From Minisyncoccota bacterium (GTDB taxonomy: Bacteria > Patescibacteriota > Minisyncoccia > UBA6257 > 2-01-FULL-56-20), in NCBI GenBank assembly GCA_035509435.1, contig DATJLR010000002.1:5774-69773 (forward strand): a stretch of 64,000 nt of DNA, given 5' to 3'. The position numbers and the translations under genes were made by a program. The notes beneath the pieces were generated by a model. It saw only the letters and a list, made by a program, of their open reading frames with translations. It had not been told where the DNA came from and made no database searches. Of this stretch, positions 37,796 to 47,010 are shown in pieces (positions within the stretch are counted from its first letter, which is position 1; every line of letters begins with the position of its first letter).

Positions 37796-38881
37796 ATGAA
37801 AGCCAAATATATTGTTATTTTCTGCGTGGTGGCGTTGTTCGCCGCCGGATCGTTTTCGATGTATGTCGTGCGGCGGCATCTTTTGCCGCCCGCAAAAGGT
37901 TCTGTCGGCGGCGCGGGATTTTCCCTTGTGACGGAGCCGGACGACGGCGTGACGCCGGTGCTCGCGATGATCCGGAGCGCCGCGCGATCGGTGGACCTCG
38001 TGATGTACGAACTGGATGATGCGCAGGTGGAATCCGCGCTCGCGGTGGACGAGGCACGCGGCGTGGCGGTGCGGGTGATCCTTGGCGCCGGATACGACGG
38101 CACGCTTTCCACGGGTCCGGCCGCAGTGAACTCGGCGGCGTACGGATATCTGCGCGCGCATGGCGTGCCGGTGCGATGGTCGCCCGGATATTTTTCCCTG
38201 ACGCACCAGAAGTCGCTCGTCGCGGACGGCGACCGCGCGCTTATCATGACGTTCAATCTGGTGTCAAAGTATTATCCGACCGGACGCGATTTTGGCGTTG
38301 CGGACAGCGACCCGCGCGATGTGGCCGCGATCGTGCGGACGTTCGATGATGATTGGGATGGGAGTGCCGATGCGGCGGTGACCGCCGCAGGCAGTGCGGA
38401 GGCGGGCGGCAACAATGGTGAGGCGGGGGACGATCTTGTGTGGAGTCCCGGCGCGCGGCCGGCCCTGCTCGATCTCGTGAACAGCGCGAAGAGGACGCTC
38501 TATATTTATAACGAGGAGATGGCGGATCCCGCGATGACGAAGGCGCTCATCGATGCCTCGCGTCGCGGCACCGCGGTGTATGTGGTGATGACGGGCGCTG
38601 ACGAATGGAAGTGGGAGTTCAAAGAGCTCGCGACCGCGGGCGCGCATGTGCGCACGTATGCGGATGCGGACGACGCGCCGCTCTACATCCATGCGAAGAT
38701 GATCGTTGCGGATGCGGGCGGTGTGGCGACGCGCGCCTTTATCGGCTCCGAGAATTTTTCCGCCGCGTCGCTTGACAATAACCGGGAGCTCGGCATCGTG
38801 ACCGCCGATCCCGCGATCGTAAGCGGCCTCGTCAAAACGTTCATTTCCGACTGGCGCGGCGCGACTCCTTTCGGAGGCTGA
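37796..38881 (+). CDS. Phospholipase D family protein (two HKD motifs)
   Basis: HQKSLVAD and HAKMIVAD; GSENFS..SLDNNRELG; N-terminal TM. Confidence 0.9.
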   Translation: MKAKYIVIFCVVALFAAGSFSMYVVRRHLLPPAKGSVGGAGFSLVTEPDDGVTPVLAMIRSAARSVDLVMYELDDAQVESALAVDEARGVAVRVILGAGYDGTLSTGPAAVNSAAYGYLRAHGVPVRWSPGYFSLTHQKSLVADGDRALIMTFNLVSKYYPTGRDFGVADSDPRDVAAIVRTFDDDWDGSADAAVTAAGSAEAGGNNGEAGDDLVWSPGARPALLDLVNSAKRTLYIYNEEMADPAMTKALIDASRRGTAVYVVMTGADEWKWEFKELATAGAHVRTYADADDAPLYIHAKMIVADAGGVATRAFIGSENFSAASLDNNRELGIVTADPAIVSGLVKTFISDWRGATPFGG

Positions 38882-39452
38882 GCGCGGTGGGGATGAGCGA
38901 GATCACGATGACGGCGAGGATGACCGGAAGGAGATAGTTGTCGATGTTCGGCACGGTGGCGCCCAGGAAGTAGCCGAGCAGGGTGACGCCGACGCCCCAC
39001 AGCGCGCATCCGGCGAGGTCGAACCAGAAGAACGCGCGATATTCCATCTTTCCCACGCCGCCGAGCAGCGGCGCGAAGGCGCGGATCACGGGGATGAAGC
39101 GCTGCATGATGAACGTGGAGCGCCCGTGCCGCTCGAAGAACGCCTCCGTGCGCCGGAGATTTTCCTGATTGAAGATGAATGTTTCCTTTTTGAACACTTT
39201 ACGTCCGAGCTTTTTGCCGATGAGGTATCCGACATTGTCTCCCGCGACCGCTGTCACGAACGTCACCGCGAGAAGGATGCCGATATTGAAGAATCCCTGC
39301 GATGCGAGAAGTCCCGCAAGGAAGATCAGGCTGTCGCCCGGCAGGATGAATCCCAGGAGAAGGCCGGATTCGGCGAACACGATGCCGCCAACGCCAAGAT
39401 AGCCGAAGGTCTTCACTATATAGACGGCGAACGCGGTAATGTTAGATGACAT
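38841..39452 (-). CDS. DedA family protein
   Basis: FAESGLL.GF.LPGDSL, GDNVGY, RFIPVIR. Confidence 0.92.
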   Translation of the reverse strand: MSSNITAFAVYIVKTFGYLGVGGIVFAESGLLLGFILPGDSLIFLAGLLASQGFFNIGILLAVTFVTAVAGDNVGYLIGKKLGRKVFKKETFIFNQENLRRTEAFFERHGRSTFIMQRFIPVIRAFAPLLGGVGKMEYRAFFWFDLAGCALWGVGVTLLGYFLGATVPNIDNYLLPVILAVIVISLIPTALSLRKESRRASRK

Positions 39453-40071
39453 TGGGAGAGATCATGTTCGGGTCTTTTGAACGGAACACGAATAGTTTGT
39501 AGCCGGCGAAATTCCAGATAAGGTTGAGCGCCGTTGCGGCGACGGCGGCGACATTGTCCCATCGCACCTGCGACAGGCCGAATGCCGGATGCGCGAACGC
39601 CACGATGAGCGTCGTTGTTCCCACGTTTACCAGGAACCCGACCACCGTGATGATCGCGAACCGTCCGAATTCCCGGCGCGTGTGCGCCTCTTCGGCCTCG
39701 CCGCTGAACGTCCAAAACCGGTTGAGCTCATAGCTGTTGATCATGGCGCACACAAACGAGGTGGATTTAAAGAGCACGATCGTGCCCCCCGTCTCGTGTC
39801 CGGTGACGGCGATCAGCATGTTGAACACAAAGAAGTCGATGCCGGAGTTGAGCACGCCGACGATCAGGAACTTCGCCGCTTTGTGGAAGTTGTGGCTGCT
39901 AAAAAAGCGGTGGGCCAGCGCGACGATCGCCAGGAAGGCGAACGGGATCAGTGCGATCGCCGCGACGAGTTCGCCCTCGGAATGGAGGGACAGGTTCCTG
40001 AGCACGAAGTACCAGAACACGCTCGATGCCAGCCCGACGATAAAGGCTATGGTGTAGTCGCGTTTGTTCAT
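39442..40071 (-). CDS. GtrA family membrane protein
   Basis: KFLIVGVLNSGIDF, NSYELNRFWTF, WNFAGYKLFVF. Confidence 0.88.
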   Translation of the reverse strand: MNKRDYTIAFIVGLASSVFWYFVLRNLSLHSEGELVAAIALIPFAFLAIVALAHRFFSSHNFHKAAKFLIVGVLNSGIDFFVFNMLIAVTGHETGGTIVLFKSTSFVCAMINSYELNRFWTFSGEAEEAHTRREFGRFAIITVVGFLVNVGTTTLIVAFAHPAFGLSQVRWDNVAAVAATALNLIWNFAGYKLFVFRSKDPNMISPNVI

Positions 40072-40206
40072 GTGACGCTATGGTGCTTAGACTAGCATAT
40101 CTTCTTCATTGCGCGTAGTGCGTGGCACTCCGGCGCTGGGGCGCATGCGTATATAGTACGGCACAATAAAAAGATTGTTATCAGCCGTCATTCCTTGAAA
40201 TCTGTT

Positions 40207-40232
40207 GATAATTAAGTATTGACTTAATTATC
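40207..40232. promoter_or_regulatory. Probable ArsR operator overlapping the -35 box
   Basis: Perfect 11-4-11 inverted repeat gataattaagt-attg-acttaattatc containing TTGACT, just upstream of the ArsR gene. Confidence 0.75.
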
Positions 40233-40255
40233 GGAGAGGAATAGTATATACCTAT

Positions 40256-40585
40256 ATGGATATATTCACGGTATTGGCGGAGCCGACGCGGAGGACGATC
40301 GTGGAGATGCTCGCTGGGCGTGGCGCGATGCCGGCATCGGAGATCGGCGACGAGTTCAGCGCAAGCCCGCCCGCCATCTCGCAGCATCTCAAGGTCCTGC
40401 GCGAGGCAAAGGTCGTACGGGTGGAGAAGCAGGGGAAACAGCGCATCTATTCAATTGATCCCGGGGCGATGCACGAGATCGAGGCATGGGTCAAAAGGAC
40501 AAAGCGGATGTGGGAAGGAAGGCTTGATAGATTGGACAGGGTGATAAAGGCTGAACAACGGCGGAAAAATAAATTGAACAAATAA
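40256..40585 (+). CDS. ArsR/SmtB family transcriptional regulator
   Basis: F.VLAEPTRR.IV.ML, AISQHLKVLREA.VV, QRIY. Confidence 0.93.
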   Translation: MDIFTVLAEPTRRTIVEMLAGRGAMPASEIGDEFSASPPAISQHLKVLREAKVVRVEKQGKQRIYSIDPGAMHEIEAWVKRTKRMWEGRLDRLDRVIKAEQRRKNKLNK

Positions 40586-40590
40586 AAAAT

Positions 40591-41088
40591 ATGGAACCAA
40601 AAAAAGATCTGACATTCGAACGCGTCCTCAACGCTTCACGGGAAACGGTTTGGGAAGCATGGACCGATCCTAAATTGGTCGCGCAATGGTGGGGTCCGAG
40701 CGGCGTGACAAATCCGGTCTGCGAGGTGGACGCGCGCGTCGGAGGCGCGCTGCATATCGTTATGGAGGCGGGCGAAGAGCTGGGCGCGGCGAAAGGAATG
40801 CGGTGGCCCATGAAAGGGCTCTTTACCGAGGTCGTTAAGCCGGAGCGGCTTGTATTCAAGTCCAGCGCATTTTCAACCGCCGATGAAAAAGAGGCGGCGA
40901 TCGAGACGACCACCGAGGTCACTCTCACCGAGGACGGCGCAAAAACGAAAATGACCGTGCATACCTTCGTAACAAAGACGAATCCGGCGGCAAACGGCGG
41001 CTTCCCGTCCGCGGAGCAGATGATCGCGGGGATGGAAGCGGGCTGGAGCCAGCAATTCGACAAGCTCGGAAAATTCCTGGGGCGGTAA
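40591..41088 (+). CDS. SRPBCC/AHSA1 domain protein
   Basis: ERVLNASRETVWEAWTDP..VAQWWGP, PERLVF, GWSQQFDKL. Confidence 0.9.
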   Translation: MEPKKDLTFERVLNASRETVWEAWTDPKLVAQWWGPSGVTNPVCEVDARVGGALHIVMEAGEELGAAKGMRWPMKGLFTEVVKPERLVFKSSAFSTADEKEAAIETTTEVTLTEDGAKTKMTVHTFVTKTNPAANGGFPSAEQMIAGMEAGWSQQFDKLGKFLGR

Positions 41089-41146
41089 ATATTATAGAGC
41101 AGAACAAAAAAAAGAGGCGCCTGATGGGCCTCTTTTGTTGTTTATG

Positions 41147-41233
41147 CGGAGGCGGAAGGATTCGAACCTTCGGACCGGTTTCCCGGTCAAATTCTTAGCA
41201 GGAATTTGCATTAGGCCGCTCTGCCACGCCTCC
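41147..41233 (-). tRNA. tRNA-Ser(GCT)
   Basis: ggaggcg acceptor stem; ct-GCT-aa loop; long variable arm; ggttcgaatcc. Confidence 0.93.
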
Positions 41234-41298
41234 TTTGTTTTAAATTCCCTAGAAGCATATCAAAGGGGGCCATTTTTATCAAACTGACGATGAGGCGT

Positions 41299-41481
41299 TC
41301 AACTCTTTTTCCGCGGCACTTTGGCGCCGCGCTTGCGCGCCTCGGAGAGGCCGATCGCAACGGCTTGTTTACGGCTCTTCACCGTTTTGCCGCTGCGGCC
41401 GCTTTTAAGCGTGCCGCGCTTGTACTCGCGCATCACGGCTGCCACTTTTTTCTGCGCTTTTGGGCTATATTTCCTTGGCAT
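41299..41481 (-). CDS. Small basic protein (DUF6496-like)
   Basis: KV..VMREYKRGTLKSG.SG..VKSRKQAVAIGLSEAR. Confidence 0.85.
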   Translation of the reverse strand: MPRKYSPKAQKKVAAVMREYKRGTLKSGRSGKTVKSRKQAVAIGLSEARKRGAKVPRKKS

Positions 41482-41587
41482 GGGTAGTTTTTTATATTTT
41501 TTTCATATATTACTACACCATTAAAACTTGTATTCATCATCATTTTTTGCTATAATCTGTTGGAGTTTGGAACCTCTATTTATTCGC

Positions 41588-43093
41588 ATGGCAAAAGAAA
41601 CGCTCAAAAACATTTCAATAAAGACGGGCGTGCAACAGCGGCCGCCGATCGTTGTGGTGATGGGACACGTTGACCATGGGAAGACGTCGCTTTTGGATTA
41701 CATCCGCAAGGCGAACATTGCCGCGCGCGAGGCGGGCGGCATCACGCAGGCGACGGCCGCGTACGAGATCGTGCATACGCCGACCGGCGGCGGCGAGGCG
41801 CGCAAGATGACGTTCATCGACACGCCCGGACACGAGGCGTTCACGGCCATGCGCTCGCGTGGCGCGCGCGTTGCCGACCTTGCGATCCTCGTCGTTGCGG
41901 CGGACGAAGGCGTGAAGCCGCAGACCAAGGAGGCGATCAAGATAATAGAGGAGGCAAAGACGCCGTTCGTTGTCGCGATCACGAAGGTTGATAAGACGTC
42001 CGGCAACGTGGACAAGGCGCGCAATGACCTGATGGCCGCGGGCGTGATGTTCGAGGGGTATGGCGGCCAGGTGAGCTATCACGCGGTCTCTTCCAAGACC
42101 GGCGAAGGCGTGAACGACCTTTTGGATCTTTTACTGCTCGCCGCCGATTTGGAAAACTTGACATACGATGCATCGGCGCCAGCGTCGGGCTTTGTGCTCG
42201 AGGCGTCGCGCGATCCGAAGCGCGGCATCGAGGTGGCGGTGATCGTCAAGAACGGCACGCTCTCGCGCGGCGATACCGTGCGGACGGCGACGGCATCCGG
42301 CAAGGTAAAAATTTTGGAAGATTTTCTCGGCAAGACGGTGTCGACGCTCGAGCCGTCCGCACCCGCGATCGTGATCGGACTCGAGAACATTCCGAAAGTG
42401 GGCGAAGAGTTCTCGGCCGGGGATATAAAAGAAGGTATCCAGGCAGCGCCGGTGCGTTCCACGGCGGGATTGACGCTAAATCAGCTTTCCAAATCAAAGC
42501 CGGACACATTGAACCTTATTTTGAAAGCCGGCGACGCGGGATCCCTCGAGGCGCTCTCGGTGGTTTTGCGCGGGATCGACCAGAAGGGCGGGAAAGAGAT
42601 CAATATCATAGATGAAGGCGTGGGCGACATCACGGACGGCGATGTGCGCCACGCGATCGCCACAAAGGCGACGCTCATCGGTTTCAAAAATCGCGTGGAG
42701 AAAGGCGCGAAGGTGCTCGCCGATGCGCAGACGGTGACGATCATCACTTCCGAGATCGTGTACGACCTTTCGACGGCGGTGGAGGAATTCTTCAGCGGCG
42801 CCCGGGGACCGGCGGCATCGGGATCGCTCGAGGTGCTCGCGGTCTTCAATCAGGAAAAACCGCAGAAACAACTGGTGGGCGGGCGCGTTACAGACGGCAC
42901 GTTCCGGCCGAAGACGTCTGTGGACATCGTGCGCGGCCCCGCGGGCACGACGCCGGTGGGCAACGGAAAGATCTTATCGCTGCGCGAAAAAAAGAGCGAG
43001 ATCTTCCAGGCGGACAATGGAAAAGAAATAGGCGTCCTTCTCGATTCGCAGACGATCGTGCAAGTGGGGGACAAATTGGTGATCAGGAAATAG
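41588..43093 (+). CDS. infB: Translation initiation factor IF-2 (short form)
   Basis: [33 protein letters not shown], upstream of rbfA. Confidence 0.95.
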   Translation: MAKETLKNISIKTGVQQRPPIVVVMGHVDHGKTSLLDYIRKANIAAREAGGITQATAAYEIVHTPTGGGEARKMTFIDTPGHEAFTAMRSRGARVADLAILVVAADEGVKPQTKEAIKIIEEAKTPFVVAITKVDKTSGNVDKARNDLMAAGVMFEGYGGQVSYHAVSSKTGEGVNDLLDLLLLAADLENLTYDASAPASGFVLEASRDPKRGIEVAVIVKNGTLSRGDTVRTATASGKVKILEDFLGKTVSTLEPSAPAIVIGLENIPKVGEEFSAGDIKEGIQAAPVRSTAGLTLNQLSKSKPDTLNLILKAGDAGSLEALSVVLRGIDQKGGKEINIIDEGVGDITDGDVRHAIATKATLIGFKNRVEKGAKVLADAQTVTIITSEIVYDLSTAVEEFFSGARGPAASGSLEVLAVFNQEKPQKQLVGGRVTDGTFRPKTSVDIVRGPAGTTPVGNGKILSLREKKSEIFQADNGKEIGVLLDSQTIVQVGDKLVIRK

Positions 43094-43117
43094 CGGCTGG
43101 CGCTACATTAAAAAATC

Positions 43118-43456
43118 ATGAACTTTCGTTCAGAGCGCGTAGGGAAATTGATACGCGAGGAGCTCTCGCTCATGGTTTTGCGCGAGATCGAGCTTCCCGC
43201 GCTCGCCACGATCACCGAGGTGGTGGTGGACAAGAACTTGGAAACCGCGCGGGTGGAGGTGAGCGTCATCCCGTCCACGCCAGCCGACGAGAAGGCGGTG
43301 CTCGACGCGCTCACCGCGCAGGCCGGCCACTTTCAGCATTTGCTTCTCAAAAAGATCAACATCAAGCCGATGCCGCGCATATCGTTCGCCATCGACCACG
43401 GCCCGGAAAACGCCGCGAAAGTTGAAAAACTTTTAGACAATAAAGAGAAAGGATAG
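43118..43456 (+). CDS. rbfA: Ribosome-binding factor A
   Basis: R.ERV.KLIREELS, TITEV, P.ISF..D; position after infB. Confidence 0.88.
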   Translation: MNFRSERVGKLIREELSLMVLREIELPALATITEVVVDKNLETARVEVSVIPSTPADEKAVLDALTAQAGHFQHLLLKKINIKPMPRISFAIDHGPENAAKVEKLLDNKEKG

Positions 43457-43514
43457 ATTAAAAATCCATTAAATTGTTTTTGTGTTGGCGATATTTAATC
43501 CTCATACTTGATGT

Positions 43515-44309
43515 ATGGGGATTAAATATCGCGTGAACGAAGATTTCTTCAAAAATTGGAATCCAACCATGGCTTATGTGTTGGGATTTATATATGCCGA
43601 TGGCTGTATTTATACTTCTGTGCGCGGAAGTTATATTTCGGTGACCAGCGCTGATGAATGTATCATCGTCAATATAAAACGATGGATGGAGTCTGCTCAC
43701 ATTATCACCAAAACAACCTTTCCCGATAACAGAAAACCCAAATTTGCCCTAAGGATTGGCAACAAAGTGATATATAACGATTTATTAAAGCTCGGTATTT
43801 CCCCCAGCAAATCGCTCACCGTCCGGATGCCTGATGTCCCGGCCTTTGTCCTGAAAGATTTCATTCGTGGATATTTTGATGGTGATGGATGTGTAAATAT
43901 TTATCGCTCAAGGGGCCTAACCCAAGAGATCATACTTCGACAGCTTAAAATTATTTTCACCAGTGGCAGCCAGCTGTTTTTAGAGGATTTACTAAGAGTA
44001 TTAAATGAAAGATTTTCGCTGCGCTTAGTAAGGATATATCCAAATAGTCGCGCTTTCCAGTTGCGATTCAGCACTCGCGACAGTGTCACCCTCTTTAAAT
44101 TTATGTATGAAAATACTCCTGAAGAATTATTTTTCTCAAGAAAATTTGAGACTTTCGCAGCCTATTTTAGCCTGCGGCCCCAGCGTGTTGATAAAGAGGT
44201 CGAAATAATATTAAGATATGTAGGCATCGGCCACGTGGCGAAGGAGATACGCGACGGTCTGCAAAACCGTCATACGCGGGTGCGAATCCCGCCGTGGCCT
44301 CATACATGA
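43515..44309 (+). CDS. LAGLIDADG homing-endonuclease-like protein (two motifs)
   Basis: AYVLGFIYADGC and FIRGYFDGDGC; AT-rich; C-terminus overlaps tRNA-Cys. Confidence 0.88.
   Translation: MGIKYRVNEDFFKNWNPTMAYVLGFIYADGCIYTSVRGSYISVTSADECIIVNIKRWMESAHIITKTTFPDNRKPKFALRIGNKVIYNDLLKLGISPSKSLTVRMPDVPAFVLKDFIRGYFDGDGCVNIYRSRGLTQEIILRQLKIIFTSGSQLFLEDLLRVLNERFSLRLVRIYPNSRAFQLRFSTRDSVTLFKFMYENTPEELFFSRKFETFAAYFSLRPQRVDKEVEIILRYVGIGHVAKEIRDGLQNRHTRVRIPPWPHT
44229..44300 (+). tRNA. tRNA-Cys(GCA)
   Basis: ggccacg/cgtggcc acceptor stem; gacggt-ct-GCA-aa-accgtc-type anticodon arm; gcggg-tgcgaat-cccgc T arm. Confidence 0.88.
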
Positions 44310-44321
44310 GAGATAGAGCTT

Positions 44322-44406
44322 GCCCGGGTGGTGAAATTGGTTAAACACGCACCACTTAAAATGGTGTGGCCGTAAGGCCTTGTCGGTTCGAGTCCGACCC
44401 TGGGCA
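44322..44406 (+). tRNA. tRNA-Leu(TAA)
   Basis: cacca-ct-TAA-aa-tggtg; variable arm; ggttcgagtcc. Confidence 0.93.
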
Positions 44407-44456
44407 CAAAAAAAGAGTGGCGTAGCGACGCCACTCTTTGGGTTTGGGAGATGCCC

Positions 44457-44648
44457 TCAGTCATGCATTGGGTAATTAGTGGGAACCGTGAACCCTCCTT
44501 TTTCCGCCAGGCAATAAATACATTCTTCCGCAGCTGCCTGACTCTCCGGAACTTGGGGCCGGTTGAAATACCGGTGCCCGCAACCGGGGCAGTACGGATA
44601 GGTGAGCTCTTCGGCGCCCCTTTGCTCGGGGGCGGATTGATCTGGCAT
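44457..44648 (-). CDS. Small Cys4 zinc-finger-like protein
   Basis: CPGC...CIYC; AAGGAGGT SD; shares the terminator at 44413-44439. Confidence 0.55.
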   Translation of the reverse strand: MPDQSAPEQRGAEELTYPYCPGCGHRYFNRPQVPESQAAAEECIYCLAEKGGFTVPTNYPMHD

Positions 44649-44741
44649 GACACCTCCTTACTGCCCTCATCCTATCCCAGCTCTGTTGCTATCGTCAATC
44701 TTTCATAAGCGTATTCAAGGGTCTATAATAGAATCACTGCC

Positions 44742-45701
44742 ATGCCCTCCTTCGACTACACCACAGGCCAGGCCTTCTTCCGCGATTCGTTTGTGCCGTT
44801 CGCACAGGCGAACGTGAGCATCGCGAGCTCGCCCGTGCTGTACGGCCTCTCCATCTACACTGTCTTCAGCGTCAACTGGAACGAGACGGAGAAGAAACAT
44901 TATATGTTCCGGCTGAAAGACCATTACCGCCGACTCGTGAACTCCGCCGCGATCATGGACTTCAATAATTTCGCCGCGGCGTGGCCGTACGAGAAGTTCG
45001 AGGCCACGATGCGCGAGCTTGTGACGCGCAATGCCATTGCGGGCGAGTCGGTGCTCGTGCGCGCGACCGTTTTTGTGGACGCCCACATCGCCGGGACGAA
45101 GATCCACGATCTTCCGCAGTCGCTCGCGGCATACGTCTATCCGATGGGGCAGATCCTGCCGCGCGGCGGCGTGAACGTGTGCGTGTCGAGCTGGATGCGC
45201 AATCCGGACAACGCGATCCCGGCGCGCGCGAAAGTGAACGGTGGCTACGTCAATTCGTCGCTCATGAAGAACGAGGCGATCCTGAACGGCTATGACGATG
45301 CGCTCGCGCTTGACGCGCAGGGCCATGTGACGGAAGCGACGGTGGCTAACGTATTCATCGTGCGCGGCGGCGTGCTTGTGACGCCGGGCGTTTCTTCGGA
45401 CCTGCTTGAAGGCATCACCCGCGCGAGCATCCTTACGGTCGCGCGCGACGCGGGCATCCCCGTTGAAGAGCGCGCGATGGACCGCAGTGAATTGTACATC
45501 GCCGACGAAGCGTTCCTCTGCGGCAGTTCCGCGCGGCTGATCCCGATACTCTCGGTGGACAAGCGGCCGGTGGGCGGCAACGCGGGCGCGGGCGAGGCAG
45601 GGGCCGCCGGACCGATCACAAAGACATTGCTCGAAAAATATTCTGCGGCGCAGGAGGGGACCGACGGAGGAAAGTATAAGGAATGGAGGATGGAGGTGTA
45701 A
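44742..45701 (+). CDS. ilvE: Class IV aminotransferase (branched-chain amino acid aminotransferase-like)
   Basis: LYG, FRLKDHYRRL, AKVNGGY, E.TVANVF, LLEGITR, ADEAFLCGS. Confidence 0.88.
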   Translation: MPSFDYTTGQAFFRDSFVPFAQANVSIASSPVLYGLSIYTVFSVNWNETEKKHYMFRLKDHYRRLVNSAAIMDFNNFAAAWPYEKFEATMRELVTRNAIAGESVLVRATVFVDAHIAGTKIHDLPQSLAAYVYPMGQILPRGGVNVCVSSWMRNPDNAIPARAKVNGGYVNSSLMKNEAILNGYDDALALDAQGHVTEATVANVFIVRGGVLVTPGVSSDLLEGITRASILTVARDAGIPVEERAMDRSELYIADEAFLCGSSARLIPILSVDKRPVGGNAGAGEAGAAGPITKTLLEKYSAAQEGTDGGKYKEWRMEV

Positions 45702-45717
45702 TAATATAACAAAGCAT

Positions 45718-46023
45718 ATGGCTGAAAAAATTTCCGGCGGTGTGGCGCATCCGCTGCCGGCAGACCTGAAAAAGGCGCTGCTCTCCGATTCGAAGGCGCT
45801 CACAAAATGGGAAGACATCACGCCGCTCGCGCGCAACGAGTGGATCTGCTGGACCATCTCGGTCAAGCAGCCTGAGACGCGCCGGGAGCACGTTGCGCAC
45901 GTGCGCTCGGAGCTCAAGGAAGGCATGCGCCGCCCGTGCTGCTGGGTGGGCTGCACTCACCGGAAAGACAAGCCGCTCAGTCCTGCGCAGAAATTCGTCA
46001 TGAGCAGGAGGGCGAAGAAATAA
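45718..46023 (+). CDS. YdeI/OmpD-associated family protein
   Basis: LPADLKKAL..W.DITPLARNEWICW..SVK..ETR...RRPCCW.GC.HR. Confidence 0.85.
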   Translation: MAEKISGGVAHPLPADLKKALLSDSKALTKWEDITPLARNEWICWTISVKQPETRREHVAHVRSELKEGMRRPCCWVGCTHRKDKPLSPAQKFVMSRRAKK

Positions 46024-46031
46024 ATATATTG

Positions 46032-46115
46032 TGCCCAGGGAGGGAGTCGAACCCTCACGCCCTTGCGAGCACGAGATTTTGAGTCTCGCGTGTATAACCA
46101 TTTCACCACCTGGGC
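46032..46115 (-). tRNA. tRNA-Leu(CAA)
   Basis: cgaga-ct-CAA-aa-tctcg; variable arm; ggttcgactcc. Confidence 0.93.
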
Positions 46116-46173
46116 TTTGAACTACTTCGGCACAATTGATATTAGCCATTTATAAAGGTAAAATCAAGGTAAT

Positions 46174-46995
46174 ATGGCGCGTGTTATTGCTATCTGCAAC
46201 CAAAAAGGCGGCGTCGGGAAGACGACCACGGCGGTAAATTTGGGCGCCTATCTTGCCGCCGCGGGCAAGCGCGTACTGCTCGTCGACTTTGATCCGCAGG
46301 CGAATGCGAGCTCCGCGCTCGGGCACAACCAGATGGCGGGCGAAGGGAGCGTCTATCACGGCATCCTGGACCAGATGACGCCCGAGCAGGTGATCAAGCC
46401 GAGCGTCATCTATAACTTCCACTATGTGCCCGCTGCGCCGCACCTGGCGGGCGCGCTCGTGGAGCTCGTGAACGTGCCCGAGCGCGAATATTTTTTGCGC
46501 AAGTTTGTGAACCGCGTGCGCCACAGCTATGATTACATTTTGATCGACCTTCCGCCGTCGCTCAGCCTGCTCACCGTGAACGGCATGGTGGCCGCGGACG
46601 AGGTGATCATCCCGGTCCAGACGGAGTATTACTCGCTGGAAGGGATCGGCCAGCTGCTCGAGACGGTGAATCTGATCCGCGACAATCTTGCGCATCCGAT
46701 CAAGATCTCCGGCGCCGTGATCACGATGTATGACAAGCGCGAGCATCTTTCGCGCGAGGTTTCCAAGAATATCCGCCGCCATTTCCCGCACCACGTCTTT
46801 GAGGTGGAGGTGCCGCGCGCGGTCGCGCTTGCCGAGGCGCCGAGCTTTTCGAAGCCGATCATCTTGTATCGCCCCGACTCGCCGGGCGCGCAGGCCTACG
46901 AGCGCCTTGCGCAGGAAGTGATGGCGCAGGAAGAGGCGCTCGCGGCCGCCGTTGCGCCCGTGACAAGCGAAGGGTTCGGAAATTTTAACCTTTAA
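46174..46995 (+). CDS. parA: Chromosome partitioning ATPase ParA/Soj
   Basis: NQKGGVGKTTT, DFDPQAN, IDLPPSL, PVQTEYYSLEG, LAEAPS. Confidence 0.96.
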   Translation: MARVIAICNQKGGVGKTTTAVNLGAYLAAAGKRVLLVDFDPQANASSALGHNQMAGEGSVYHGILDQMTPEQVIKPSVIYNFHYVPAAPHLAGALVELVNVPEREYFLRKFVNRVRHSYDYILIDLPPSLSLLTVNGMVAADEVIIPVQTEYYSLEGIGQLLETVNLIRDNLAHPIKISGAVITMYDKREHLSREVSKNIRRHFPHHVFEVEVPRAVALAEAPSFSKPIILYRPDSPGAQAYERLAQEVMAQEEALAAAVAPVTSEGFGNFNL

Positions 46996-47010
46996 CGGGA
47001 CATCATCACC

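Noticed and set aside
43457-44300. Group I intron in a tRNA carrying the LAGLIDADG gene
   Set aside because: tRNA-Cys is complete and uninterrupted; no 5' exon or intron core is visible upstream.
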